Positions 18,432-28,233 of a DNA stretch of 64,000 nt are shown piece after piece. The notes under the pieces are model-generated. The model was given only the letters and a program-made list of their open reading frames with translations. It was not told where the DNA came from and made no database searches. Where the stretch lies: positions 1 through 64,000 of IMG/VR virus record IMGVR_UViG_3300046501_000082. The stretch is one strand, 5' to 3'. Position 1 is the stretch's first letter; the number at the start of each line of letters is the position of its first letter. The stretch comes from a virus. The translations under genes were made by a program, and so were the position numbers.

Positions 18432-19874
18432 ATGGCCGGATTATCAGATACAGGATTTACGACCAAAAGGCTTCCCGAGGTTGTAACAGAAGATAAAGCA
18501 AGAGCTGTAACAGTCTTTCAAGATCAAATTGAGCCGGGAGATTCAGTAAATACAGATGATAGTTCTGTAATTGGTCGTCTAGTAGCTCTGGCAGCTCCAT
18601 CTGAAGCAGACCTATGGGAAGCAGCTCAACAAGTTTACTCAGCCTTTGATGCTAATAGCGCAACAGGCATCTCCCTAGACAACATGATCTTGCTCAGCGG
18701 TATTCCAGCAAGGTTTGAGAATACATACACAACTGCTCAAGTTATCCTAAGCGGAGATACAGGTACAGTAATCACTGCTGGAAACACTGTCTCTTCGCCT
18801 ACAACTAGTGAACAATTCACCCTATTAAATGACGTTACACTCTCTGCTGAGAACACGTCAGGGGTAACAATCACTAGCGTTCTTGTCAGTGATTCTTCCC
18901 TATACACTCTTAGCTTCACAAGGCAAGCTGCTACACAGATTATTAGCTTCACCTCTCCTGTTGGTGCTACCAAAGCTATTATACTTGCTGGTATTAAATC
19001 GCAGATTGACAGTACCTACCCTGAGCTTGTCACAAGTTATACCACTAATGGTGATTTGAAGATTGTCCTAGCTGATATCTTCCTACAAACTACGTTCGCT
19101 ACATCTGATAATCTTGGTATTATTAAAGTAGACAAGCTTGGTGATGTGGTAGCTGTAACAGCTGGACCTCTTAGTCAACCTGTCAATACAATCACGCAGA
19201 TTCAGACTTCTCGCCTTGGTTGGGATAGTGTAACAAACCCCTTGGCTGCTGTCAGTGGACGACTTCGTGAAACTGATGAAGAGCTTCGTATTCGCTTTCG
19301 TAATACTAAGTTTGAACGTGCAGGTAACATTGTAGAAGCTGTCTACTCTGCTTTGTTTAGTCTTGATGATGTACAGCAAGTGTATATTGATGATAACAAC
19401 ACAGACGTTACCAATGCTAATGGTACTCCGGGACATAGCTTCCTTGTACTGGTTGATGGTGGTACTTCTGTAGAAATTGCACGAGCTATTTGGGATAACC
19501 GTGGAGCAGGTGTTGCATCTGTTGGGAATACAACTGTCACTATTACAGATAAGTTTGGATATGAAAGAGAGATTAAATTCTCACGTCCTACTCCTGTAAA
19601 TATCTATATTCAGCTTGAGCTTACAACTGATCAGAATTTCCCTGAGAATGGTGAAGACTTGATTCGTGAAGCGATTATTAACTATGTTGATGGTTTGAGT
19701 ATTGGTCAGGATGTTTTATATAGTCGTCTGTATACGCCAGTGAATAGTATCCCCGGCCATCAGGTGGATAGCATGTTGATTGGCACAACTAATCCTCCGG
19801 TAACTATGACAAATGTTGTTATTCCTTTCGACGGTGTAGGTCAAGTTCTCCCTGAGAATATCACATTCATCTGA
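18432..19874 (+). CDS. baseplate J-like wedge protein
   Basis: ATG.SLD, G...ETDEELR.R, V.GG....IA.AI motifs. Confidence 0.87.
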   Translation: MAGLSDTGFTTKRLPEVVTEDKARAVTVFQDQIEPGDSVNTDDSSVIGRLVALAAPSEADLWEAAQQVYSAFDANSATGISLDNMILLSGIPARFENTYTTAQVILSGDTGTVITAGNTVSSPTTSEQFTLLNDVTLSAENTSGVTITSVLVSDSSLYTLSFTRQAATQIISFTSPVGATKAIILAGIKSQIDSTYPELVTSYTTNGDLKIVLADIFLQTTFATSDNLGIIKVDKLGDVVAVTAGPLSQPVNTITQIQTSRLGWDSVTNPLAAVSGRLRETDEELRIRFRNTKFERAGNIVEAVYSALFSLDDVQQVYIDDNNTDVTNANGTPGHSFLVLVDGGTSVEIARAIWDNRGAGVASVGNTTVTITDKFGYEREIKFSRPTPVNIYIQLELTTDQNFPENGEDLIREAIINYVDGLSIGQDVLYSRLYTPVNSIPGHQVDSMLIGTTNPPVTMTNVVIPFDGVGQVLPENITFI

Positions 19875-19885
19875 GGAGATACTTA

Positions 19886-20755
19886 ATGGCTATAAATGAA
19901 TTTGAGGTGGTTGATTACCTCTCAGAAGCTAGGTCAAGATATACTGAACAATTTAAATACGATCCAGTGTCCGGCGACGGCGCTAAGGTGTTCGACTCCT
20001 ACGTCCAAGTATTGCTTGGCGGAAAGATTGAGCTACAAGAAGTATTTCGCCAGCTTATGCAAGAGCGTAGCCTTGATACTGCTGTTGGTGTAAACCTTGA
20101 TAACATTGGTGAGATTGTTGGTCAACCTCGTACACTTCTTAGTGTAGATATATTTGAGTTCTTTGGGTTTGTTGGTGTTCCTAATGCTGGATCATTTGGT
20201 GATTTCTATGACCCAAGTGTTGGGGCTGTCTTTTATGATACTAACAATCCACGCTTTGGTAATATCACACTGACAGATGACGTTTATCGTATCTTCATCA
20301 AAGCTAAGATTGCAAAGAACAGTACACACGCCACACCGGAACAAGTGATGGAGTTTGCTAACTTTATCTTCTCAACTTCTGGATCTACTATTCAGAATGA
20401 AGGAGGAGCAGCCTACACACTTCTTGTCGGTAAGAACCTTACCTCGTTTGAACGTAGTCTCCTCACTTATATCCAGAAGACAGACACTTACAATGCATAC
20501 CTACTCCCACAACCATTAGGGGTTAGAGTCAATTACGGTAACTTTAACTACGATTCTTTCTTTGGTTTCGCTGGTGTTCCTAATGCAAAAGGATTTGGTA
20601 ACTTAATTTATCAACCTGTTGAGGGCACTCTTCTTATGGATGGCTCTGTACTAATGGATGGATCAACAATTATGAATGGAAGTATTCCTGACAATCCTGT
20701 TCTAGAGGAAGGTGTAGGTGGGATATTTGCAGAGACTTTCGGAGTTGCACAATGA
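19886..20755 (+). CDS. baseplate wedge protein (DUF2612-like)
   Basis: LDTAVG.NLD.IG.IVG, FFGF, D..YR..IKAKI, P.PLGV motifs; MDGS repeats. Confidence 0.8.
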   Translation: MAINEFEVVDYLSEARSRYTEQFKYDPVSGDGAKVFDSYVQVLLGGKIELQEVFRQLMQERSLDTAVGVNLDNIGEIVGQPRTLLSVDIFEFFGFVGVPNAGSFGDFYDPSVGAVFYDTNNPRFGNITLTDDVYRIFIKAKIAKNSTHATPEQVMEFANFIFSTSGSTIQNEGGAAYTLLVGKNLTSFERSLLTYIQKTDTYNAYLLPQPLGVRVNYGNFNYDSFFGFAGVPNAKGFGNLIYQPVEGTLLMDGSVLMDGSTIMNGSIPDNPVLEEGVGGIFAETFGVAQ

Positions 20756-22263
20756 GTAAAATTACAGAGGTTGCTGTATGGGAACCTACAGTTTATCAAT
20801 GGGACATTACTGACCCTAACAAAGCTGGTCCTGCTGCATTTGATTTAGATGGTGAAGCTACAGATGGGTTTGCTAATGCTGGTGTTCAACAGGTAACAAA
20901 CCGTACAGCTTATCTTAAAGAAAAACAAGATGCTGACATCGCTAATCTGACAGCCCACGTTGGTAGTCGTGGGGCAGCACATACAAATGCCACCACCACT
21001 GAAGATGGTTTTATGTCAGCTTCAGATAAAACAAAGCTAAATGGTGTTACTGCGGGTGCTCAGCCCAACGTTGCTACAAACCTTGCTCAAGGTACACGCA
21101 CAGCAACAACTGTTCCTGTTACTAGCTCTACTGGCACCACAGCCACCTTGACAGTTGCTACTACCAGTCTTGCAGGTGTAATTTCAAGTGCGGATAAGAC
21201 AAAGCTTGATGGAGTTGAGACAGGCGCCCAGGTTAATACTGTGACATCTGTAGCTGCTCGTACAGGTGCGGTTGTCCTCACAAGCACAGACGTGGGTTTG
21301 GGCAACGTAAATAACACTAGCGACGCAAATAAACCTGTCAGCACAGCCCAACAAACCGCTTTAAATCTCAAAGCTAACCTTGCATCACCAGCTTTGACAG
21401 GGACGCCAACAGCCCCAACCGCAACCGCTGGCACTAACACTACTCAAGTGGCTACTACAGCATTTGTAACAGCTGCTGTCACTGCTGGTGGTTCTGGGAC
21501 AACAAACCTTGGCGTAACTACGGCTGCTTCAACAGTTACAGTAACAAGTTCGACAGGAACAAGTGCTGTACTGCCTGCTTCCACTACTAGCCTTGCTGGT
21601 GTGCAAACAGCAGTGGATAAAACTAAGTTAGATGGTATTGCTGCTGGCGCTCAGGTTAACGTTGCCACCAATTTGACCTATACCGCTTCTACTACTACAG
21701 GCACTGTTAATAGTTCTACCGGCACATCCGCAACACTTCCCGTGGCAACAACATCTTTATCCGGCTTGTTGTCTGCTGTCGATAAAACCAAGCTTGATAG
21801 CCTCTCAAACTCAACTACCCAGTTACTGCATGTTCAGGAGCAGCAGCCGAATGGTACGGCAGGTGGTACTAGTGTGTCTGGTGTTTTCACAACAAGAGTG
21901 TTAAACACGGTTGTGATAAATCTTATACCAGGGGCATCTCTTTCTGCTAACAGAATAACACTCCCATCCGGTACTTATTACCTTAGCGGAAGCTCCCCCT
22001 TTTTTGCAACAGGGAATTACAGGGCAAGGGTCTCTAACTTTACAGACACAACCTCGGTAATCATAGGGACTTCAGAAAGTTCTACAACATCAACACAGGT
22101 AAACAGGGCGTGGGTTTTCGGAGCTTTTACCCTAACCGGTACTAAAGAGATTATATTAGAATATATAACCCAAACTGCAAAATCAAGTAATGGGCTTGGT
22201 GTCAATACTGGGCAATCTGCTTATGAAGTTTATTCAGACTTAACTATATGGAAGATATCGTGA
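20752..22263 (+). CDS. tail fiber 1 with internal repeats
   Basis: W...VYQ....DP...N...QQ..NRT.YLK N-terminus; four DKTKL repeats; SPALTGTPTAPT motif. Confidence 0.85.
   Translation: MSKITEVAVWEPTVYQWDITDPNKAGPAAFDLDGEATDGFANAGVQQVTNRTAYLKEKQDADIANLTAHVGSRGAAHTNATTTEDGFMSASDKTKLNGVTAGAQPNVATNLAQGTRTATTVPVTSSTGTTATLTVATTSLAGVISSADKTKLDGVETGAQVNTVTSVAARTGAVVLTSTDVGLGNVNNTSDANKPVSTAQQTALNLKANLASPALTGTPTAPTATAGTNTTQVATTAFVTAAVTAGGSGTTNLGVTTAASTVTVTSSTGTSAVLPASTTSLAGVQTAVDKTKLDGIAAGAQVNVATNLTYTASTTTGTVNSSTGTSATLPVATTSLSGLLSAVDKTKLDSLSNSTTQLLHVQEQQPNGTAGGTSVSGVFTTRVLNTVVINLIPGASLSANRITLPSGTYYLSGSSPFFATGNYRARVSNFTDTTSVIIGTSESSTTSTQVNRAWVFGAFTLTGTKEIILEYITQTAKSSNGLGVNTGQSAYEVYSDLTIWKIS
21000..21805 (+). 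repeat. approx. 40-55 aa repeats (TNL...SSTGTSA.LP..TTSLAG....DKTKLDG) in fiber 1
   Basis: Visible in translation, three full and one partial copy. Confidence 0.8.
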
Positions 22264-22721
22264 TGAACGAGGTTTGGTATTATTTAGTAACAGGTGGTAT
22301 TGTTATTCAAAAACAACCCTATATGGCTGAGGGGTATATTGAGGGACCCTCTTATGTAGTTGCTGGGTATTTATATTCTAATGGTGAATTCACCCCACCA
22401 CCACCTACCCCTATAGACTACTTTGAAGTCAATACTATAGAATTAGAACGTCTACAGCGCTTAGCTAATAGTCAGGTTACGGCCTTACAAGGTAGGGTTG
22501 ACGCTCTAGTTGATGCTGTTGACCTTGATATAGCAACGGATGAAGAAATTGCAGAACAATCTGTCAGAGCAGCTCAGCTTAAAGCTTGGAAGACTTATAG
22601 GGTGTTGTTAGGTCGAGTTACATCACAAGCTGAGTGGCCTACTAACCCTATCTGGCCTGTCGTTCCAACACCATACACCAGTGAGACTTCTGCCATTTCT
22701 CCCACAGAAAATCTCTCTTAA
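22260..22721 (+). CDS. tail fiber assembly chaperone (Tfa-like)
   Basis: L.DAVDLD.AT.EE...L.AWK.YRV.L.RV....WP..P.WP motif. Confidence 0.85.
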   Translation: MMNEVWYYLVTGGIVIQKQPYMAEGYIEGPSYVVAGYLYSNGEFTPPPPTPIDYFEVNTIELERLQRLANSQVTALQGRVDALVDAVDLDIATDEEIAEQSVRAAQLKAWKTYRVLLGRVTSQAEWPTNPIWPVVPTPYTSETSAISPTENLS

Positions 22722-22736
22722 TATTAAGGAAAACGT

Positions 22737-24851
22737 ATGCCCGAAGTAATAAAACCCAGCAATCTCAATTTGATTTGGGCAGACGCTGGTGACAAGATTA
22801 AACCTTCTGATGCAAAGATTGCAGAAGGTTGGATTGTTGAAATCCCCACACGACAGAATTTCAATTACCTTGATTGGCGTCAAGATGCTGCGATCTCTCA
22901 CATTAACCAACGTGGTGTTGCTGAATGGGATTTGAATACTGACTACCTTGGTGGTAAAAGCTACACTCAAGGCAGTGATGGTGTTATCTATTTTTGTGTC
23001 CAAAATACTGTGGGTGTTGACCCCACTCAGGACACAGCTGGTGAGTATTGGGTTGAAGCTTTTGTAACCTCAAGTGGCTACCTCGGCGGTAAACGATTTG
23101 TAGGTTATGAGACTTTCTCTACTAACTTCACAGCGGTTGCCAACCACAGGTATTTTCTGTCGGCTCCAGCCACAGTTACCCTTCCTGCTGCTCTGAATGG
23201 GGATGCTGTTGTAGTAGCTAAAGATCCTGCTGTAATTGCTACAGTGGTAGATAATCTTGGCACTATATACAACCTGAATTCAGACGATGAGACGGTATTT
23301 GTCTATACAGCTAATAAATGGGTAAGGTTGGATGATGGTGGACCCACTTCAGGGGATGTTTCTCTTAATGGTCCTGTTCTAGTGACTCAAGGTTCCACCA
23401 ACAGTTATACTATCTCTGACTATAATGCTTTCAGCACCTATACCACGACTACATCTGTAGGTACATTTACACGTACCAACAACACAATTTCCTTGGTAGT
23501 GCCCAACCCAGCTAATGCTACGCAGATTACTCTAACAGTAACTCGTGATGGTAATCCACAGTCTTTCTTGGTGGCTGTTGGTGCTCAGAGTGTTGCTACT
23601 CCTACAATCACCTATCCATCTCAAGGACAAACTGCTGTAGAGCGTGCACCTACACTTACAGGCAGTGCATTTGCTACAGTACCAACCGGACAAGATACTC
23701 ATCAAAGTAGTCAATGGCAGATTGCAAGTGATGCAGGATTCACCACTATTGTTTACGACTCTGGTGTATCTACAACCAACAAAACCAGCGTTCAAGTTCC
23801 ATCTGGTGTCTTGGCTCTGGGCACTGTTTATTATGCTCGTGTTCGTTACACTGGCGTTATTATTGGTGCAAGTGCTTGGAGTCCTGTAAGGACCTTCACA
23901 ACAGCTAATCAATCTGTTAATACACCAACTGTCTCTGTAACAGGCAGCCCTACAAACGTAGGTGAAACTCCTACGCTCACTACCTCAGCTTTCTCTGTTT
24001 CAAGTGGTACTGATACACACACTTCGACAGATTGGCAGATTGTTCGTGTGACTGATAGTGTGGTTGTTTGGCAATCCATGGGCAACACTACTAACAAAAC
24101 AAGTATTATTGTTCCGGGTGGTATTTTACAAGTTAACACTCAGTACACTGCACGGGCAAGACATTCTGGTGCTGCATCTGGCAGCAGTGCATACGGTGAG
24201 TCTACTTTCACAACTCAAGTGCAATTCTTTGTATTTGATCCATCTTCTGCTGGTATGGCATATGGCGGCGGATACTACGCTGGTGCTAATATTGTCGTAG
24301 ACGGAATTGAATACGCCCTTATTGTTGCCCCTAAAGCTCAGGGCGGCGAATCAGGTTCTACAATGAGGTTCAACTATTACACAAATAGCCCCGGGCCGAC
24401 CAATAGTTATAACGGTGCCAGCAACACTGAGTTCCTACAAGCTCAGACATCGGGGCTAAACACATATGATGCGGCTAACTTTTGTGGAAACTTAACAATT
24501 AATGGTTATGCGGACTGGTACTTGCCAGCAAAAGATGAAATGGAAATTTGCTACAGATACTTGAAACCTAGTACAGATATTACCGCAATTAGCGGTGGGG
24601 CAGGTGTCAACAATTACTCAAACCCTACAGGTACTGCATATACATCTGCCAACAGACCCGTACAAACTTCCGTAGCCTTGTTTAAGACTGGTGGAGTAGA
24701 AGCTTTCACAAGAGCACAGTTTTGGACATCTACAGGGTTCAATGGTCAGGATGAGTGTGTGCTTGATATGTCTAATGGCTATCCCGGCAGCGTTCATACT
24801 ACTCAGCTTTGCAGGGTCCGAGCTGTTCGCCGTGTTCCAATTCCAACCTAA
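22737..24851 (+). CDS. tail fiber 2 with two Fn3-like repeats and C-terminal DUF1566/Lcl-like domain
   Basis: IWA..G, GW..E.P..Q.FN N-terminus; duplicated DTH.S..WQI...TNKTS..VP.G.L...FTT; GY.DWYLPAKDE, FWTST, RVRAVRR. Confidence 0.85.
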   Translation: MPEVIKPSNLNLIWADAGDKIKPSDAKIAEGWIVEIPTRQNFNYLDWRQDAAISHINQRGVAEWDLNTDYLGGKSYTQGSDGVIYFCVQNTVGVDPTQDTAGEYWVEAFVTSSGYLGGKRFVGYETFSTNFTAVANHRYFLSAPATVTLPAALNGDAVVVAKDPAVIATVVDNLGTIYNLNSDDETVFVYTANKWVRLDDGGPTSGDVSLNGPVLVTQGSTNSYTISDYNAFSTYTTTTSVGTFTRTNNTISLVVPNPANATQITLTVTRDGNPQSFLVAVGAQSVATPTITYPSQGQTAVERAPTLTGSAFATVPTGQDTHQSSQWQIASDAGFTTIVYDSGVSTTNKTSVQVPSGVLALGTVYYARVRYTGVIIGASAWSPVRTFTTANQSVNTPTVSVTGSPTNVGETPTLTTSAFSVSSGTDTHTSTDWQIVRVTDSVVVWQSMGNTTNKTSIIVPGGILQVNTQYTARARHSGAASGSSAYGESTFTTQVQFFVFDPSSAGMAYGGGYYAGANIVVDGIEYALIVAPKAQGGESGSTMRFNYYTNSPGPTNSYNGASNTEFLQAQTSGLNTYDAANFCGNLTINGYADWYLPAKDEMEICYRYLKPSTDITAISGGAGVNNYSNPTGTAYTSANRPVQTSVALFKTGGVEAFTRAQFWTSTGFNGQDECVLDMSNGYPGSVHTTQLCRVRAVRRVPIPT

Positions 24852-24860
24852 GAGAAATAA

Positions 24861-25436
24861 ATGAAATACATCTCCTACACTTTCATTGATGAAGCCACCC
24901 AACTTCCAGTTTCTCAGGAACCTGCAAGGAAAGGTCCAATCATGCCTGAAGGTGTGGAGTATGTATTCTCTATTGAGGAAAGCTTTTCTACAGGAGTTCC
25001 TTCATTCTTTGGTATTGTTGACGATGAATTTTTGATACAAGATTGGATGAGGGAATATTCTAAAGAAGACTTTATATCAACTTTCAAATATGAACTTAGG
25101 AAAAGAGCTTCCCTTAAAAAGAAGTTCACCCTCTCACAAGGAAGTGTTGAGGAGATGGGAGTTGTATTCTCATATTCAAAGTCTACACTAGATGGTTTAT
25201 ATTCAGTTATAAATACAATGATACTAGATCATGGAATATCTGAAGTAGATTTTGAAACAGATTATGATTGGGTGAAGTTGAACCTTGCACAAGCTCGCGA
25301 GACTCTTGTAACTTTAAATAAAAAGATTCAAGAAGTGTTTAGTTGGTGCTGCAATATTCACAAAGACATTGAGGATTGCTCTTCTATTGAAGATGCTTTG
25401 CTTATTCAAGAATCAATTGCTCAATATGTAGGATAA
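24861..25436 (+). CDS. probable chaperone for fiber 2 (DUF4376-like)
   Basis: Position; P..GP..P N-terminus; DF.T...WV.L motif. Confidence 0.6.
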   Translation: MKYISYTFIDEATQLPVSQEPARKGPIMPEGVEYVFSIEESFSTGVPSFFGIVDDEFLIQDWMREYSKEDFISTFKYELRKRASLKKKFTLSQGSVEEMGVVFSYSKSTLDGLYSVINTMILDHGISEVDFETDYDWVKLNLAQARETLVTLNKKIQEVFSWCCNIHKDIEDCSSIEDALLIQESIAQYVG

Positions 25437-25439
25437 GAT

Positions 25440-26579
25440 ATGACAGATTACATCAATGTAAAAGATTATGGTGCTGTGGGTAATGGGACTACAGATGATT
25501 CAAATGCTATTCAGTCGGCTATCACAGCAGCTCCTGATGGGTCAATTGTCCTGTTTCCTGCACCAACCGTTGCATACAGAATTACTAAACAGATCCTTGT
25601 AAATAAGCGCCTCACTCTAGAAGGTGGTAAGTGTAAGATTAAAATGACAGCGGGGAATGGGTTTTCTTTATTCGCTGAAAATATTGTGATGCGAGGATTT
25701 AATTTCACAGGGAGCCGTATTAACTGGGACCACTGTGCTATTAATATCTTCATGTCTCAAGTTAAAGTTGAAGATATTGAAGTGGAGCATTGCTCTCATG
25801 CTGTACGTGTTCTGGGTGGTGTATGGCACACCTTGTCCCGTATTAGAGCTAAGAATATTGTTTATGGTGTTCTTGAGGTTGGTAACACTGTAGGTGCTGT
25901 AGTAGAAGACTTCAGGTATGATACAGATGTAGCGAACTACCCAGCACCTGTATATGGCGTCTACTACTGGGGTGAAGGTGCTAACTTCTCTGACTTAGAC
26001 TTTATTCATGCAGGTAAGGCGTTGTGGATTGAGAGTACAGCCAATCGTAGTGTTAACTGGACATTCTTTAATTCATGCTCATTTGACACATCAGACTATG
26101 GCTGTATCATTCAAGGTAATGCTGTAGGACGTACAGTGGATGGGTTGATGTTTGATCAATGCTGGTTTGCTAGTCACAAGATTGCTGGTGTGTGGATTGA
26201 GGGTGCTAAAGTTAATGGTATAACAATGGATGGTTGCCACATCATTAACAATCAGAAAGAAGGTGTTATTCTAGTCGGTGCAGCAACCAACATTGACTTT
26301 AATGGCTGTGTATTCGGTGGTAATTCTGCATTCAATCCCGGTATTCATCACAACATCTATAGTAATTCTTCTGGTCGTAAATTTATCCGCAACTGTCAAT
26401 TCTCTGATTGGGGCGGGTTTGTTACCAATGTTGGCTATGATATTCTCAGGGCTGAACAAGATGGTGATTGTGTAATAGATGGGAATATCTCTATGGGCCA
26501 GACGGGCGGGGGTTATATTAGCGGGTCATCTGTACAGGCTAAAATTGGGCGCAACTTTGGTAGCTTACCGAGTGCTTGA
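25440..26579 (+). CDS. beta-helix polysaccharide depolymerase (pectate lyase 3-like)
   Basis: INVKDYGAVGNGTTDDS.AIQ.AI motif, parallel beta-helix Asn/Gly/Cys periodicity. Confidence 0.82.
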   Translation: MTDYINVKDYGAVGNGTTDDSNAIQSAITAAPDGSIVLFPAPTVAYRITKQILVNKRLTLEGGKCKIKMTAGNGFSLFAENIVMRGFNFTGSRINWDHCAINIFMSQVKVEDIEVEHCSHAVRVLGGVWHTLSRIRAKNIVYGVLEVGNTVGAVVEDFRYDTDVANYPAPVYGVYYWGEGANFSDLDFIHAGKALWIESTANRSVNWTFFNSCSFDTSDYGCIIQGNAVGRTVDGLMFDQCWFASHKIAGVWIEGAKVNGITMDGCHIINNQKEGVILVGAATNIDFNGCVFGGNSAFNPGIHHNIYSNSSGRKFIRNCQFSDWGGFVTNVGYDILRAEQDGDCVIDGNISMGQTGGGYISGSSVQAKIGRNFGSLPSA

Positions 26580-26589
26580 GGGTTATTAA

Positions 26590-27108
26590 ATGGCAGACAC
26601 AAAATCAAACCTCACTAAAAAGCTCCTAGCTTATGGCTTCACGGCTGCTGTTGCAGTATCTGGTGGTTATCTTGTTGCACCACGTGAAGGGAAGGTTAGC
26701 ACAGCCTATTTAGACCCTGTGGGTATTTGGACTGTTTGCTACGGTAATACAGGCGTAGAAGCTAAGAAAGGCAATAGTTACACGGATGAGCAGTGCCTAG
26801 ATCAGTTGGCTAAGGACTTGTCTACCCACGATAAACAAATGATGAATCTTGTTCGTGTACCGCTCACAGATTACCAGCATGCCGCTTTCTTGAGCTTCAC
26901 ATATAATGTTGGTGTTGGTAACTTTAAAAGTTCGACAATGTTGCGTAAGCTTAATTCTAAAGACTATAACGGGGCATGCCAAGAGCTTGTTAAATGGATT
27001 TATGCAAAAGGGAAAAAGCTCAATGGACTTGTAAACAGACGCCAAGATGAACTTAAAATGTGCTTGGGGGAAACTAAAATTGATATTGTTGAAACTAAAG
27101 CTGGTTGA
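26590..27108 (+). CDS. SAR endolysin (GH24 lysozyme)
   Basis: Gly/Ala-rich N-terminal helix after KK; E-x8-D-x5-T triad (EGKVSTAYLDPVGIWT); GL.NRR..E. Confidence 0.92.
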   Translation: MADTKSNLTKKLLAYGFTAAVAVSGGYLVAPREGKVSTAYLDPVGIWTVCYGNTGVEAKKGNSYTDEQCLDQLAKDLSTHDKQMMNLVRVPLTDYQHAAFLSFTYNVGVGNFKSSTMLRKLNSKDYNGACQELVKWIYAKGKKLNGLVNRRQDELKMCLGETKIDIVETKAG

Positions 27109-27340
27109 AGGTTGGAAGAAACTCTTCAAGTCATACTCTGTAATCTTCAGCCTCGCTAACATCCTTCAAGCTCTTTCTGTCACTGGCCTGTCTGTCCTTG
27201 GTGTAATCAACGTATACTTTGCATTCAAGCTTGTAATTGGTATGGCTATCTTGTTTGGATTGCTAGGCTTGGTTGGTAGATTGATTAGCCAACCTGTCTT
27301 GGTTAAAGATCCTGTTGTGGAGAATACAGATGTTAAATAG
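27080..27340 (+). CDS. putative holin/pinholin
   Basis: LVEGWKKLFKSYS N-terminus, 2 TM segments, GRLISQP end; adjacent to endolysin. Confidence 0.7.
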   Translation: MILLKLKLVEGWKKLFKSYSVIFSLANILQALSVTGLSVLGVINVYFAFKLVIGMAILFGLLGLVGRLISQPVLVKDPVVENTDVK

Positions 27341-27752
27341 CATCTCTTTCTACATCATCCTCACTCTATCAGGACTTCTCTCAGTTAGTGCCTACTTTAC
27401 TTACACTCAAATCCAAGATATTGCTGTAGCCAACAAGACTATCGAAGATCAGGCTAAAGTCGTTTCTGACTACGAAAACTCCACTAAGTTAGCCAAACAA
27501 TCGTGTGATACGGATGTGCAGAGTGTTGTTGAATTGAGTACTGAGCAAACTGAAGTAAGAACAAAGATTGATGACTTGGTTGTCAAGATTGGTAAACTTA
27601 AAACAGGAGTAGCTATCTCCAATACAGAGGCACCTAAAAATGCAACTACTACAATTTATGGCACTGAGCTTTTGTCTCTTGATCTGCGTCTCTTGCTCAA
27701 CCAAGCCTACTGTCTTGCAAGCCCCGAAGACAACTTATGTAGGACCAAGTGA
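27330..27752 (+). CDS. i-spanin (Rz-like)
   Basis: N-terminal TM, coiled coil, C-terminal Cys. Confidence 0.72.
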   Translation: MLNSISFYIILTLSGLLSVSAYFTYTQIQDIAVANKTIEDQAKVVSDYENSTKLAKQSCDTDVQSVVELSTEQTEVRTKIDDLVVKIGKLKTGVAISNTEAPKNATTTIYGTELLSLDLRLLLNQAYCLASPEDNLCRTK

Positions 27753-27924
27753 TGCTCTGTTGATTTACCCATGTAAGGCCACACCATCAGGCGAAAGTGT
27801 TATGGACTTGGCTGTAGCGTATAGTAAAAATACAGCTTGTATTTCCATGTGGCAAAAGCAAATGGATAAGATCAAGAAGAATAAACAACAACAGATGGAA
27901 CTTTTCAATGTCGAATCCAAATGA
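27640..27924 (+). CDS. o-spanin lipoprotein (Rz1-like), overlapping i-spanin
   Basis: Lipobox-like CVSC, P..LL.PC, later Cys. Confidence 0.75.
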   Translation: MQLLQFMALSFCLLICVSCSTKPTVLQAPKTTYVGPSDALLIYPCKATPSGESVMDLAVAYSKNTACISMWQKQMDKIKKNKQQQMELFNVESK

Positions 27925-28225
27925 TGCAAACACAAGAGTTAGTAACCTAATTGAACGGACGTGTATTGCGTTGTTGGGTATTCTCGTAATGTTAATGCTA
28001 GCTAATTACCAAAGTGTTAACAAAGACGTTAAAGACTTGAATGATAAGATTGTCTTGTTACAGATGAGTAAGATTGGTAAGGAAGAACTTAGGGAGATGG
28101 AAATCCGTGGTAATGCAAGAATGGATGCTTCTATCTCAAGTCTAGCACAAAGGATCGATGCTAACCAACAAGATATACTCAGACAGTTTCAATTCTATTT
28201 TGATAAAGCTAAGAGTGGACGTTAG
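27908..28225 (+). CDS. single-TM coiled-coil protein (lysis-associated?)
   Basis: N-terminal hydrophobic helix then coiled coil. Confidence 0.55.
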   Translation: MSNPNDANTRVSNLIERTCIALLGILVMLMLANYQSVNKDVKDLNDKIVLLQMSKIGKEELREMEIRGNARMDASISSLAQRIDANQQDILRQFQFYFDKAKSGR

Positions 28226-28233
28226 TCTGAGGG

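Noticed and set aside
22737-25436. Possible diversity-generating retroelement
   Set aside because: No template repeat or reverse transcriptase seen in the window
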